Positions 1-12,527 of a DNA stretch of 64,000 nt are shown piece by piece. Origin of the DNA: an uncultured Candidatus Saccharibacteria bacterium. GTDB lineage: Bacteria > Patescibacteriota > 4484-211 > JAGQKX01. Position 1 is the stretch's first letter; each line of letters opens with the position of its first letter. The stretch is from positions 9,042-73,041 of the forward strand of contig CAYMOT010000001.1 in the NCBI GenBank assembly GCA_964392315.1, given 5' to 3'. The notes below the pieces were generated by a model. It had not been told where the DNA came from and ran no database searches. It was given only the letters and a program-made list of their open reading frames with translations. Made by a program: the position numbers and the translations under genes.

Positions 1-2507
1 ACTGAAAGTGTACCGCCAAAGGTTGCGATTCCAGTACCCAACAAACTAAACCCTGGATTGGTAGTGGTGTTGCCTAAAGAAATCATTTCGGACGCATTCG
101 AGGTGTTGATAGCAAGATAGTTATTCGCTCCTTCCGAAATCGTAAGCGCACCCGGTAAGGCATCGTCAATGTCTATATCAGTGGCATTATCGAAATTAAC
201 ATTCTGTCCTTGTACCGTTAAATCTCCAGCCAAGGTAATAGTGCTGTCCAAATTCACCGTCACCGTATCACCGGCATGAGACGATGTCAGATTCGTCCCA
301 CCAGAAAGCGTAACCGTCTCACCTTGTATTACCGTACCGGAGCCACTATCACCCGCGAGCGTAATGAGGGTACCGAACAAACGAGATGTTGGAATGGTGC
401 CATCACCATCTATGACCGTCGTACCATTGTAATTCAGAATATCGTCCCAGCCAGTTCCTACCCGCATTGCTATTTCATTCACGGTACCACTTGCCAACGA
501 CAGATCATTAATCGAGATTCCATATAAATTGTCTGCATCGCCAGTCGCGGCACTGGTCGCGTCCACGTTGATCGCTGAAACCGTATCAACACCGCCATCA
601 TCCCCAAGAGTCAACGAGAACCCAGCCTGAGACGCTGAATTTGTTAATGTATTTGCCCATGAATGTTCTCCAGTCCATACAAAATTGGTTGCCTGATTAA
701 CTGAAATATCGTTTGCGCCTACGATAATTCCAGTGCCTGCCCCAACATCGACTGTAGCTGAGCCAATGGTGCTACCACCGGTCAACCCCGCACCAGCTAT
801 TACTTCCGTAATGTCTCCCGCCCCCCCACCAGTCACCTCAAGCCAGGTAAAACCTCCTGTCGCACTGTCATATGAAAGGAAAAAGTCTTCTGTTGGCGCA
901 TTCGTCGTTTCCAAATCTACTGCTTCTATGGTGCCGTCGGTAATTTCTCCGCCTTCTATGGATGTTCCGAGTGTTGAACTGAGACTCACACTGCCGCCTA
1001 ATGTTACCAATCCCCCACCACTCAAACCTGTACCCGGACTTACGGTCAAGGAATCATTCACCAATTCTGCATTACTGATTGATTGGCCTAACAGCGAAAA
1101 CTCACCAGATGCATTAGGCAGGGTATATACACGGTCAGCCGAAAGATCTCCAACATCTATGTTCCCGTAAAACGTGCCACCTGAGCTTTCAAGAATTTGA
1201 AGTTCGGATGATGCATTGCTTAATATAACGTCAAAAGGACCGGTTTGTTGCCAGTCCGCGGTTAATGCCCCAAGTGACAGCGTGTGTTGTGTGCCCTCGC
1301 CAGGCGGGACAGCGTTTGTCTGGATACCCGAACCACTGACTACCGAAGCTACATAATTACCAACGGTCTCAGACCCTAGAGAAACACAGTCGACACAATT
1401 GAACTCTGCACCCGAAGCAAGTGTCAAACTTGTACCCGTATTAAAGGTAAGCACACCAGTGGTATAAAAGTCGCTAGCATCGGATCTTAATAACTGCTCA
1501 GGAGTTAAGTCTCCTAATCCACTGATATCTAAATCTGACTGATTCATCCACGTTGGCGCTCCTGCCCCTTGACTTATCAGTATTTGTCCTGCAGTGCCAG
1601 GCCGAGACACGTTTAATCCATCTGTTTCAGAATATACAATCCCTCCCGCTTGCGTATTGAGCTCATCGAGCAAATTTAACTGGTCAGCCGAGGAGGTGAG
1701 TTCATCGCCGTCTAGTAATAAAGAGCCGGTAACATTTAGTATCCCTGAGTATGTTATGGTATCAGCGAGTTCATTATCGGTTATAACATTTGCAGCGATC
1801 TGGACGTTTTGTAGACCTTCGCCAGTTACATCACCTTGTATATCCAACGCATTCTCTATTGTGGTCTCAGTGGTTTCGTCAATAGCCTCTAATTCTTCAA
1901 TCGTTGATAAGCGGGCCACTCCATCGACATCCAGATCATCTTGTACTTGGACACTGTTTAAGAAGTTGACTCCTTGTGCGAAGCGGCTGGGTATATTTAC
2001 GACATATTCTAAGCTTGGTGCATTACTTCGAAGCGCTAAGACATTTCCTATTTCGGGTCGAAGCGCGAGACTATCACCCACATGTTGGGATGTTTTTGAA
2101 CGATATGTAAACGATAGGAGCGAAGCAAGTACCAGACAAACGGTAACAATAGATACCGTTTTGGTAACTTTCCTCAGCAGCTTTCTCTTCGTCCGCTGGT
2201 TAGCGTCACCCTTTGGTATTGATCTATTAACTGCTACTGTTTCATTTAGTGGCTTTTGTTTTGCGTTCTTTTCTGAATGTTCATGCACAAGCGCATCCTT
2301 TAATGCCCTTACGTCTCCGAGGCCATAATGCCGATAATGGTTTTTGTCTCGCACTGAACTTATCTTTCCTTCTTGCTCAAGGCGCCGAAGTGTCGAGGTA
2401 GAGATGTTTAATATGCGGGCGGCTTGCGAGATAGACAAACGTTGAGCGTTTTGCATCTCCTTTTGAGGATCAAAGTGGGCAGGTTTAAAGGCTTGAGTGC
2501 TATCCAT
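1..2507 (-). CDS. large membrane-anchored surface protein: N-terminal excisionase/MerR-type HTH, single TM helix, >700-aa extracellular beta-helix-like repeat region; the C-terminus runs off the window edge
   Basis: Manual reverse translation from the ATG (reverse complement of 2505-2507) gives MDSTQAFKPAHFDPQKEMQNAQRLSISQAARILNISTSTLRRLEQEGKISSVRD, an HTH_17-like motif. A hydrophobic segment TVSIVTVCLVLASLLSF follows. After that come long G/T/S/N/D-rich repeats (GDVTGEGLQNV..., TVIDGDGTIP..., TLAGDLTVQGQNV...). No in-frame stop was seen down to position 1. The listed + strand ORFs 733..1170 and 1594..2328 are low-complexity antisense shadows. Confidence 0.55.
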   Translation of the reverse strand, partial: MDSTQAFKPAHFDPQKEMQNAQRLSISQAARILNISTSTLRRLEQEGKISSVRDKNHYRHYGLGDVRALKDALVHEHSEKNAKQKPLNETVAVNRSIPKGDANQRTKRKLLRKVTKTVSIVTVCLVLASLLSFTYRSKTSQHVGDSLALRPEIGNVLALRSNAPSLEYVVNIPSRFAQGVNFLNSVQVQDDLDVDGVARLSTIEELEAIDETTETTIENALDIQGDVTGEGLQNVQIAANVITDNELADTITYSGILNVTGSLLLDGDELTSSADQLNLLDELNTQAGGIVYSETDGLNVSRPGTAGQILISQGAGAPTWMNQSDLDISGLGDLTPEQLLRSDASDFYTTGVLTFNTGTSLTLASGAEFNCVDCVSLGSETVGNYVASVVSGSGIQTNAVPPGEGTQHTLSLGALTADWQQTGPFDVILSNASSELQILESSGGTFYGNIDVGDLSADRVYTLPNASGEFSLLGQSISNAELVNDSLTVSPGTGLSGGGLVTLGGSVSLSSTLGTSIEGGEITDGTIEAVDLETTNAPTEDFFLSYDSATGGFTWLEVTGGGAGDITEVIAGAGLTGGSTIGSATVDVGAGTGIIVGANDISVNQATNFVWTGEHSWANTLTNSASQAGFSLTLGDDGGVDTVSAINVDATSAATGDADNLYGISINDLSLASGTVNEIAMRVGTGWDDILNYNGTTVIDGDGTIPTSRLFGTLITLAGDSGSGTVIQGETVTLSGGTNLTSSHAGDTVTVNLDSTITLAGDLTVQGQNVNFDNATDIDIDDALPGALTISEGANNYLAINTSNASEMISLGNTTTNPGFSLLGTGIATFGGTLS

Positions 2508-2987
2508 TCGAAATCTTATCATTCGCCGATATAATGGGAGATGATAATGTTAATATTTACATAGTAACCAGACCCATGATGTGTGTCAACGAGGTATTGG
2601 GTAGAATAATTGCTCAGATAAATGGTTACAATACTGTTTGAAAACAATGCTCTTGAAATGCTTGTGAAATGCCTAATCTTTAGAAGTGCAAAATTTGCTC
2701 GTCAAGGAAAGTGCAGGATATTTAAAAACTAATTGACAACAGATATCATTCATACCTACACTTAGCAGTTAATGGATGAACACTTAAACAATCTACTTTT
2801 GTCATCCCTAGCACCCACCCTTGATACACCCACCGATACATACAAAAGAAGCATACTTAAAACCCTTACCAAAACCTAATATAAAAGCAAAAAGCAAGGT
2901 ACTATCCTGAGCACTATCACTCGCACTGCAGCACTGATAGTTGGTACGATTGACTTACGTAATAATTATAGTTACTCTTATTATAGA

Positions 2988-3740
2988 ATGAAACTTAAAC
3001 TCCTCTTCGCATTAGTACTTTTTTGTATCTTAACCCCTTCAATAAAGGCGCAGGAATATACGACTGCTGGCGCAATCGCCATTTCCACCACTGAAGAAGC
3101 TATCCCGGTGGGTTCTATTATAAGTAGTAGCAGAGGTTCATACGTAACCTCAACCACTGCCTATGACCCCCAGATGTTTGCGGTTACAACCGATGCGCCA
3201 AGCACTTATATTGACGACCATGCGATTGAAAATAAGCATCTCGTAGTTACCAGCGGTGAAACGAGGCTTCGAGTTTCTACCCAAAACGGCACAATACAAG
3301 AAGGAGACTTCCTTACCTCTTCGCAAATTCCCGGCGTCGCTCAGCGAGCAACACAAACAGGGACAATCGTTGGAATTGCATTAGAAAATTACGATGGATC
3401 TGAGGAAGGGTATGTCATGGCATTTGTAGATATAGGTACACAGTATATTAGTACTGATCTGCAAACCACCTTATTAAACAGTCTGCGGAATGCATTCCAA
3501 GCGCCTTTCCTCACACCCGTTCTTTCGCTTCGGTACCTGGTCGCTGCAGCACTCCTCACCACTGCGTTTATCATTGGATTTCTCAACTTTAGGAGAATCT
3601 CAGGCAGCAGCATTGAAGCACTTGGCAGAAATCCTCTTGCCCAAAAGGCAATCCGCACAACAGTAGTCTTAAATTTCGCTATCACGTTTTCGATTATGTT
3701 AGGCGGTGTAGTCCTGGCCATAGGAATTCTGATATTATAA
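2988..3740 (+). CDS. atypical ATP synthase Fo subunit c-like protein: signal peptide, ~150-aa N-terminal extracytoplasmic domain, C-terminal c-like helical hairpin
   Basis: It sits in the atpE position directly upstream of atpF. The N-terminus MKLKLLFALVLFCILTPSIKAQE looks like a cleavable signal peptide. The C-terminus ...SSIEALGRNPLAQKAIRTTVVLNFAITFSIMLGGVVLAIGILIL aligns to the c-subunit loop and helix 2 (..ARQPEA...I.T.VL..A..S......V.A..L.). Phe occupies the position of the ion-binding Glu/Asp, and helix 1 lacks the GxGxGxG motif. Confidence 0.5.
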   Translation: MKLKLLFALVLFCILTPSIKAQEYTTAGAIAISTTEEAIPVGSIISSSRGSYVTSTTAYDPQMFAVTTDAPSTYIDDHAIENKHLVVTSGETRLRVSTQNGTIQEGDFLTSSQIPGVAQRATQTGTIVGIALENYDGSEEGYVMAFVDIGTQYISTDLQTTLLNSLRNAFQAPFLTPVLSLRYLVAAALLTTAFIIGFLNFRRISGSSIEALGRNPLAQKAIRTTVVLNFAITFSIMLGGVVLAIGILIL

Positions 3741-3759
3741 GAGTTATTAAGAGACCACT

Positions 3760-4518
3760 ATGCTTAACCATCCACTTGTTTCATTAGCATTCTATTCATT
3801 ACTCGCACTCATCATATTGCTTATCCTTTTAATAGCGATTTTGATCTTTAAGATATTGGTAGAAATATTTGAACTTGCCCAACAACGTGCTGATCAAACG
3901 AGAGTAACGCTTTTAAAAAATGCTCAAAAAAGAGCAGCGCAAATTTTGGATGAGGCACACAAAACTGCTCATGATACATTGGCCGAATCTTCTACAAAGG
4001 CAAAAGAATATCTCACAGAAACGATATTTACTGCGGACACACTCAGGGGAACTCAAGTCCATATGCTTGAGGATTATGCAAAAAAACAAGAAGAGCAGCT
4101 TGCGCGACACACAGAAGAACTCAAAGTCCAATACGCATCAACCGTAACTACCTTAACAACGACATTAACTCAAAACATCCAGCAACTCGATCAAGCAGCT
4201 AGATCACAAATGCAAACTGCCCTTAGTACCCTTAACACACAAATCGCCGATGAGATCGATTTTATGCATGACGAAATTACCAAGCGAGTCGAAGAATCTC
4301 ATACTGCATTTGAAGAAAAGTCATCAAGCGCATACCAAGAATTATTAACTCAATTAAACGATTATAAAAAACAAAAGACTGAACAAATTGATAAGTCGGT
4401 TAATCGCGTGCTTGTCGATATATCGAAACGTGTTTTTGGCAGAACGTTAACCTTAGAGGAGCATCAAGACTATATACTCAAAACGCTTGAGGATGCGAAA
4501 CAGCTACTCAATGAATAG
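3760..4518 (+). CDS. atpF: F0F1 ATP synthase subunit b
   Basis: One N-terminal TM helix (LVSLAFYSLLALIILLILLIAILIF) followed by a long charged coiled-coil. Position between the c-like gene and delta. Confidence 0.7.
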   Translation: MLNHPLVSLAFYSLLALIILLILLIAILIFKILVEIFELAQQRADQTRVTLLKNAQKRAAQILDEAHKTAHDTLAESSTKAKEYLTETIFTADTLRGTQVHMLEDYAKKQEEQLARHTEELKVQYASTVTTLTTTLTQNIQQLDQAARSQMQTALSTLNTQIADEIDFMHDEITKRVEESHTAFEEKSSSAYQELLTQLNDYKKQKTEQIDKSVNRVLVDISKRVFGRTLTLEEHQDYILKTLEDAKQLLNE

Positions 4519-4563
4519 CAACAACGCGAAAACATCTCTCGTTGCTACACAGCATCACCAACT

Positions 4564-5049
4564 ATGGAAAGCCTTTCGCAATACATACGAACAACTGATG
4601 AACGGGACTTAATCATTACTGAACTCCACCAGCTTTTTGATTCCTTACACAAGGTAGATAAGAGTCAATTCTCCGCCATTCTAAATAAAGAGGTCAGCGT
4701 TAGAACTGCTGAGGTCGTACACACCGCAATTGCCGAGGCCAATGTCCCAAATGAAGATTTTTCTGCTCTAGAAAACTGTTTACAAACATTAAAGCAAGAG
4801 CTGATGCTCCTCACAACCGTTGAAATTACCCTTGCTATTAAACCGCAGCATGAATTTCTCACCCAACTGTATCGTTGGGTTCAAGAACATGTCGGCAAGC
4901 AGACAATTATCCAGCTTGCTATAAACCCTGAGATAGTTGGAGGGATAATCCTGGTATACCAAGGAAAGTATATAAATCTTTCTCTGAGCAAGAGAATAGA
5001 TGATGTGTTTACTCAGCACTCGCATGAAATACTCTCATTATTATCATAA
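4564..5049 (+). CDS. atpH: F0F1 ATP synthase subunit delta (OSCP)
   Basis: 161 aa, OSCP-like, immediately upstream of alpha. The C-terminal region ...GGIILVYQGKYINLSLSKRIDDV is typical of delta. Confidence 0.65.
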   Translation: MESLSQYIRTTDERDLIITELHQLFDSLHKVDKSQFSAILNKEVSVRTAEVVHTAIAEANVPNEDFSALENCLQTLKQELMLLTTVEITLAIKPQHEFLTQLYRWVQEHVGKQTIIQLAINPEIVGGIILVYQGKYINLSLSKRIDDVFTQHSHEILSLLS

Positions 5050-6511
5050 GACGTACAACGAATATTTAAACGAAACTGGCGAAGCAGGTAATGTACGGCA
5101 GGTACTCCACCCTATTGTGTATGTTGATGGATTGCCGTTACTTCGGCTAGATGAAGTCGTTTTCTTTGAAACAGGAGAGATTGGCATTACCATGGGATTA
5201 TCAGAAAACTACGCTGAAGTGCTCGTTCTGTCAAAGAGTCCTATTAGCCCAAACATTCAAGCGACCCGTACTGGCAAACTACTTTCAGTACCGCTAAGGA
5301 CAGAGCTTCTCGGCAAAACAATTGACGCACTGGGGATTCCCCTAGACCTCTCTCCTATCACCCAGGAAATTGAAGAATACCGAAGCGTCCATGCAAAGCC
5401 CCTTTCGATTGGACTACGTAAAAAGATCAACCGCCCATTCTTTACTGGTGTCTCCATTGTGGATCTATTGATTCCGTTAGGACATGGACAGAGAGAATTA
5501 GTTATCGGTGATCGAAAAACGGGAAAGAGCAGTTTCCTGCTTCAATGTATTCTCTCCCAAGTGCGCCAGGGAACAATCTGTATCTATGCAGCCATTGGAC
5601 AAAAAAGCCAAGACATCCAAAAGATACGCGCGTATCTTGAACAACATCAACTATTACAAAACACCATTCTTATTGCCACAAGTCCGGCAGATGCAATCGG
5701 GATGATCTATTTGACTCCCTACACTGCCATGACGATTGCCGAATATTTTCGCGATAAAGGTCATGATTGTTTAGTCATTCTCGATGATTTAACCACCCAT
5801 GCCAAATTCTATCGAGAACTTTCTCTTATAGCTCGAAGATTCCCTGGTAGGAGCTCATACCCCGGAGATATGTTTTTTGCACATGCACAACTTCTAGAAA
5901 GAGCGGGGAACTTTGGTGTTGGGGATGGAAGAGAATACTCGATTACTTGCCTGCCGGTTGCATCAACAACCGAAGGCAATATTTCTGGATATATTCAGAC
6001 AAACTTAATGTCTATAACAGATGGTCATATCTTTTTAGATGAGAAACTATTCACCATGGGCCGACGTCCTGCGGTAAACCATCACCTATCAGTTACCCGC
6101 GTCGGTCGTCAGACACAATCGCTAATACGCTGGGGCGTAAACAGAGAGCTCAATACTTTTCTTGCCTGGGTTGATAAAACCCGTGCCGTAGCCCATTTTG
6201 GTGCGGAACTTAACACCGGCATCAACTCTATTCTCGAAATGGCCGAGCGTATTGAGACGTTCTTTAATCAGCACAATGATGTTGTCTTACCAATCAATGT
6301 ACAAATCTTGCTATTCAGCCTCCTATGGATTGGTGAGTGGCAAGGTAAAGATCGTGCTACCATAAATGTTGACTTACAAAAAATTGCCACAAATTATGAA
6401 AAAAATCTCGAATATCGACAAATGGTAGATACATTAATCAAAGAATCGAAAGACTTTAACAATCTCCTTGGTAAAGTAACACCAACAAAACAAGCTTATT
6501 TGCCTACGTAA
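5000..6511 (+). CDS. atpA: F0F1 ATP synthase subunit alpha (the true start may be the internal Met near 5024; the ORF overlaps the atpH 3' end)
   Basis: Walker A GDRKTGKSS, then ...ICIYAAIGQK..., ...ILDDLTTHAKFYRELSLIARRFPGR..., ...SITDGHIFLDEKLF.... Collinear with E. coli AtpA. Confidence 0.9.
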   Translation: MMCLLSTRMKYSHYYHKTYNEYLNETGEAGNVRQVLHPIVYVDGLPLLRLDEVVFFETGEIGITMGLSENYAEVLVLSKSPISPNIQATRTGKLLSVPLRTELLGKTIDALGIPLDLSPITQEIEEYRSVHAKPLSIGLRKKINRPFFTGVSIVDLLIPLGHGQRELVIGDRKTGKSSFLLQCILSQVRQGTICIYAAIGQKSQDIQKIRAYLEQHQLLQNTILIATSPADAIGMIYLTPYTAMTIAEYFRDKGHDCLVILDDLTTHAKFYRELSLIARRFPGRSSYPGDMFFAHAQLLERAGNFGVGDGREYSITCLPVASTTEGNISGYIQTNLMSITDGHIFLDEKLFTMGRRPAVNHHLSVTRVGRQTQSLIRWGVNRELNTFLAWVDKTRAVAHFGAELNTGINSILEMAERIETFFNQHNDVVLPINVQILLFSLLWIGEWQGKDRATINVDLQKIATNYEKNLEYRQMVDTLIKESKDFNNLLGKVTPTKQAYLPT

Positions 6512-6512
6512 T

Positions 6513-8758
<2,246 letters not shown>

Positions 8759-8760
8759 AT

Positions 8761-9015
8761 ATGTCCAACCTGCCGACAATTCAAACTACCATTCGCACTC
8801 GTGAAGGCACTACATTCGACGAACCGGTTCTTGCACTCACAGCAACGAATGATACGGGGATGTTTGATATCCTGCCGCAACACGCTAACTTCATCACACT
8901 CGTGTTTGGAGATGTAAAAATCTTACTACAGAACGGAACCTACAAGGATTTCACCCTCACCAAAGGCCTCATCCGTGTTAAAAACAACAGAGTAACACTC
9001 TTCATGGAGGCTTAG
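8761..9015 (+). CDS. atpC: F0F1 ATP synthase subunit epsilon, short form with only the N-terminal beta-sandwich domain
   Basis: 84 aa directly after atpD. Beta-rich sequence with no C-terminal helical hairpin. Confidence 0.6.
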   Translation: MSNLPTIQTTIRTREGTTFDEPVLALTATNDTGMFDILPQHANFITLVFGDVKILLQNGTYKDFTLTKGLIRVKNNRVTLFMEA

Positions 9016-9042
9016 AACTATTTTTATCACACCAGAAGAAAA

Positions 9043-11328
9043 CTACTGAGCGGGAGTAGGTGTTATCGTAAATACTGGCGTCGGAGTCACGAGCCCTACC
9101 GTTGGTGTAGGCGTTGGTGACGGACTTATAGCTGGAGTTTCATCAGTTACTGCCGGAGTTGGCGTTGGTGATACTTGTAACTTTGCAATTTCATCAGATA
9201 CCCGCTTATAATCCTCATTCCCCTCTTCCAATAATGATTGGGTCGTTTGGAGTTCCTGCAGTGCGAGATCAGTTCTACCTGCCTCTTTATATGCTGCGGC
9301 GAGATTAAAGTGCGCGTTTGCGAGGTCAGCTTTCAGACGGACTGCATCTTGGAAAGCGGAAATAGCTCGGAGCAGGTTCGCTTGTTTGGTTTCGGGAACC
9401 GTCGGAACATTTTCACCAGGCGCATCTCCTTGATCCCCAGGCTGCACATTCGTTGTCGCAAGGGCGAAGTAGAGTCCACCCAAATCAATCCTCAGTTGCG
9501 GGTCTTGGGGCGCTAACAAAATTGCCTGTTGATATGCCTGGAGTGCCCAACGATCTGCACCTTGTGCAACACCAAGAAGGTTTTGATATATCCTGCCCCG
9601 GATCTGCCAATTCTGTGCTGAATATCTATTTAGAAGTTCAGTTGCAATTCGCACCTCTCGAAGTGCCTGCTGTACCAATTGTATGACATCTTGCCGCTCT
9701 GAATCAGTGATCGTCTCCCCTCTCTCTGCCGCAATTGCCTGGGCAGTGCTAATGTTGGTATTTGCATATGCACGTCGGTATGCATCTCTTCGGTTGTTTA
9801 GCGCAATTGCCTCACGCTGTGCATTATATATGTCACGAGCGGGCTTGTTCTCAACTAATAGTTGTAATGATTCAGCAAATGCAAGGTTGCTTCTAAAATC
9901 TTGCAACACATACCACCCACCTATCACGCTAATCAGGATAAACAGCAAACCCGTTATAAAGGGAAGTGCAGCGGTTGACTCAAAGCTTCTTGGTGTTTGC
10001 ATATTTAACCGATCAGTAACTATTTCAAGATTAACATCAGCGATGGATACCATACTATCTCTATCATCCACGCGCTCAGCAAGCATCCACAATATCATGA
10101 TCAAGAAAAATACCCCCATAATGACTAGCGTAGAAGCGGTAAACACGTATGCAATCAATGTTCCGACAACAAGCATCGCGAGAGTTGCACGCATTTTCCT
10201 GATACCTTCACCTTCTAATGGTAGGCCCACCTGCGCTTGAGACTTTCTACTCAGCAATGAACGCTTGGCTGCTCGCAGAACTTTTGCTGCAAAATATAGC
10301 AATAGAACAACCCCAACCAGTCCTGTGGTAGTAAGCCAAGTAAAATATTCATTCCCCGCTCGATGAAATGCGACATTCCACTCGTCGCCTTGGTTCATCT
10401 GGACAGAACGATACGCGTTATACGCAGTATTGTAGGTTGATGGCCCAGTCCCAAAGAGCGCATTGTCTCGTATCGCTGAAGAGGCGATCCGCCAAGACTC
10501 TGACAAACTGAGTTGCGCTGGAACGGCAAATCTCACCGGTGCTCCAGGAATATACGAGCTAACCGTTACAAAAAGCGCCATAATGGTTATTCCTAAGCTG
10601 ATATACACAAACACTTTGGCAATGGAAATCGAGCCGAGCACGGGAAGGACTGACGCAAGTGATCCATCTTTGTGGAAAGACAATTTTGCAAGCGACCCCA
10701 AGAGAATAACCCCAATAGCCAACACATACCACGTAGAAAGCGTATTTCCAGCGGGAGAAAATCCATCAACCGCTAATACCGAAAGAACCGACAATCTTGT
10801 CCCTTCCTGAGCTAAACCATCAAAAACATTTCCGTATGACAAGAGTACCAAAAGACTTACTACGGTAGCGCCGAGAATAAAACCGAACAGATATTTTCTG
10901 AATGCTTGTTTCGTATCTTCGACTGAACTGAGTACAAAAAATATCATGACAAAAGCCACTAACTCAGGCAACGTAAAATGCCATACATTAAATTGTCCGT
11001 ACAACGATACAAACTGGCTGACAGAAAAGATGGTGGAAAGCAAAACCGCGATCACCAACAGTATCAATGATAAATTAAATGGAGTCTTTACGATTGTTAT
11101 TCGACGCGCAACAAGCACCTTTACTCCCCATGCAGCAAGTAGTGACACCGCAAAAAACAGCGTTAGTACTAACTTTGGATACTCAGTGAATTCTGTGGTT
11201 GATGTTAAATAAAACGAAGGAAGTAGAAAAAAGAAGATACTACCTAGAAGAATAACAACCTTATCCACAAAGCCCACTGCTGAAGACATATTTTGTTCGT
11301 AGGTAGCCCTTAATGATTCACGTGCCAT
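9043..11328 (-). CDS. polytopic membrane protein (O-antigen ligase/Wzy_C-like) with C-terminal TPR repeats and a Pro/Thr-rich tail
   Basis: About 10-12 predicted TM helices in the N-terminal 450 aa. The C-terminal half has TPR-like repeats (...AYQQAILLAPQDPQLRIDLGGLYFALA..., ...ANAHFNLAAAYKEAGRTDLALQELQ...). It ends with PTPTP repeats. Confidence 0.45.
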   Translation of the reverse strand: MARESLRATYEQNMSSAVGFVDKVVILLGSIFFFLLPSFYLTSTTEFTEYPKLVLTLFFAVSLLAAWGVKVLVARRITIVKTPFNLSLILLVIAVLLSTIFSVSQFVSLYGQFNVWHFTLPELVAFVMIFFVLSSVEDTKQAFRKYLFGFILGATVVSLLVLLSYGNVFDGLAQEGTRLSVLSVLAVDGFSPAGNTLSTWYVLAIGVILLGSLAKLSFHKDGSLASVLPVLGSISIAKVFVYISLGITIMALFVTVSSYIPGAPVRFAVPAQLSLSESWRIASSAIRDNALFGTGPSTYNTAYNAYRSVQMNQGDEWNVAFHRAGNEYFTWLTTTGLVGVVLLLYFAAKVLRAAKRSLLSRKSQAQVGLPLEGEGIRKMRATLAMLVVGTLIAYVFTASTLVIMGVFFLIMILWMLAERVDDRDSMVSIADVNLEIVTDRLNMQTPRSFESTAALPFITGLLFILISVIGGWYVLQDFRSNLAFAESLQLLVENKPARDIYNAQREAIALNNRRDAYRRAYANTNISTAQAIAAERGETITDSERQDVIQLVQQALREVRIATELLNRYSAQNWQIRGRIYQNLLGVAQGADRWALQAYQQAILLAPQDPQLRIDLGGLYFALATTNVQPGDQGDAPGENVPTVPETKQANLLRAISAFQDAVRLKADLANAHFNLAAAYKEAGRTDLALQELQTTQSLLEEGNEDYKRVSDEIAKLQVSPTPTPAVTDETPAISPSPTPTPTVGLVTPTPVFTITPTPAQ

Positions 11329-11378
11329 AATGAGTATGTAGCCTGATCATATACTAATTCCAAAATTGACTCAACGTC

Positions 11379-12485
11379 TCAAAAGAACCGTATAACGTCG
11401 TATACCGTAACAAGGACAAATAGCCCTATCAGAACAGCAAATCCTGCGAGGTGTGCCCAATATTGATATTTGTTATCAAGTGATTTGCCAACCAATATTT
11501 CTAATACAACAAAAAACACTCGCCCACCATCAAGTGCAGGAAACGGGAGAAAATTTACCAGCGCAAGATTGAGCGAAATGAGGGCAACAAACTGCAAAAG
11601 TGCAATAAACCCTTGCTTAGCTACATCCGCCGAGACAACGGCTAAACCAACCGGACCAGCTACATCCTGTGGTACTTCCCCACGGAGTAGTTTGCTCCCC
11701 AAGTCCGCTAAACCATCAACCATGAGACCCGTCAAATAGCCGAGTTCACGTATACCTTCATACGGAATTTGATACCACGGTATCTTTGTGTAGGTGGGTA
11801 CAATACTTACTCCGATACGGACACCCAACGAACCGGTTCCTTCTCCATAATAATCAGCAGGCGTTATGGTAATCTGGCGGGGATTTTCATTGGGTAGTGC
11901 GTCAACGACTTCAATAATCACCTGCTCATCTAACTTACCCTGTATGAAGGAAATAAATGTTTCTAAATCTGTAACAGGAGTAAATGTTGTCGACAGAGTA
12001 TCCTTATATTTCGTAATAACGGTGCCGTTTGCAATCTCTGCTTGTTGGGCTGGCCCTCCGTCAAAGACTTCTTCTAGAGCAAGTCCGGTGTGCAACTCTT
12101 GCTTACCTGACATCCCCAATACAATCATAATAATGACGTATGCTGTCGCCACATTCATCAGCACACCACTCGATAAGATCACCAATCGCTTCCAAGAAGG
12201 CTGTGCTCCAAACGAACGATTTTTGGGTACATTCTCTTCTTCTGAAGCTGACTTCGCATCTTCGCCATATAAGCTGACATAACCTCCCATGGGTATAAGC
12301 CCAAGTTTATACTCTGTCTCCCCTATTTTTTTAGTGAATAAATGCGGTGGAAATCCAAGAGAGAATTGCTTAACCCACACACCTGATAACTTAGCAGCAA
12401 GAAAATGTCCAAGCTCATGAACAAATATCAGAAACGACAACACGAGCAAAAAGCGGATAATTGTGACTGCGGTCTCTGCGATCAT
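11379..12485 (-). CDS. rseP: RIP metalloprotease RseP (site-2 protease, M50 family)
   Basis: HELGHFLAAK HExxH motif in the first TM, a central PDZ-like region, and LNLALVNFLPFPALDGG near the C-terminus. Confidence 0.8.
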   Translation of the reverse strand: MIAETAVTIIRFLLVLSFLIFVHELGHFLAAKLSGVWVKQFSLGFPPHLFTKKIGETEYKLGLIPMGGYVSLYGEDAKSASEEENVPKNRSFGAQPSWKRLVILSSGVLMNVATAYVIIMIVLGMSGKQELHTGLALEEVFDGGPAQQAEIANGTVITKYKDTLSTTFTPVTDLETFISFIQGKLDEQVIIEVVDALPNENPRQITITPADYYGEGTGSLGVRIGVSIVPTYTKIPWYQIPYEGIRELGYLTGLMVDGLADLGSKLLRGEVPQDVAGPVGLAVVSADVAKQGFIALLQFVALISLNLALVNFLPFPALDGGRVFFVVLEILVGKSLDNKYQYWAHLAGFAVLIGLFVLVTVYDVIRFF

Positions 12486-12527
12486 TCGACCATTGTAGCA
12501 TGATTGAAAATGCAGGTAAGAACGAAA

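Noticed and set aside
733-2328. Plus-strand ORFs 733..1170 and 1594..2328, which are Pro/Ser/Thr/Val-rich
   Set aside because: They are low-complexity antisense shadows of the long minus-strand surface-protein ORF, which reads through the whole region with a plausible HTH-TM-repeat architecture.
9238-11212. Several plus-strand ORFs (9238..9516, 9453..9686, 9683..10240, 10463..10810, 10946..11212)
   Set aside because: All lie antisense within the 761-aa membrane/TPR protein gene on the minus strand, with no supporting motifs.
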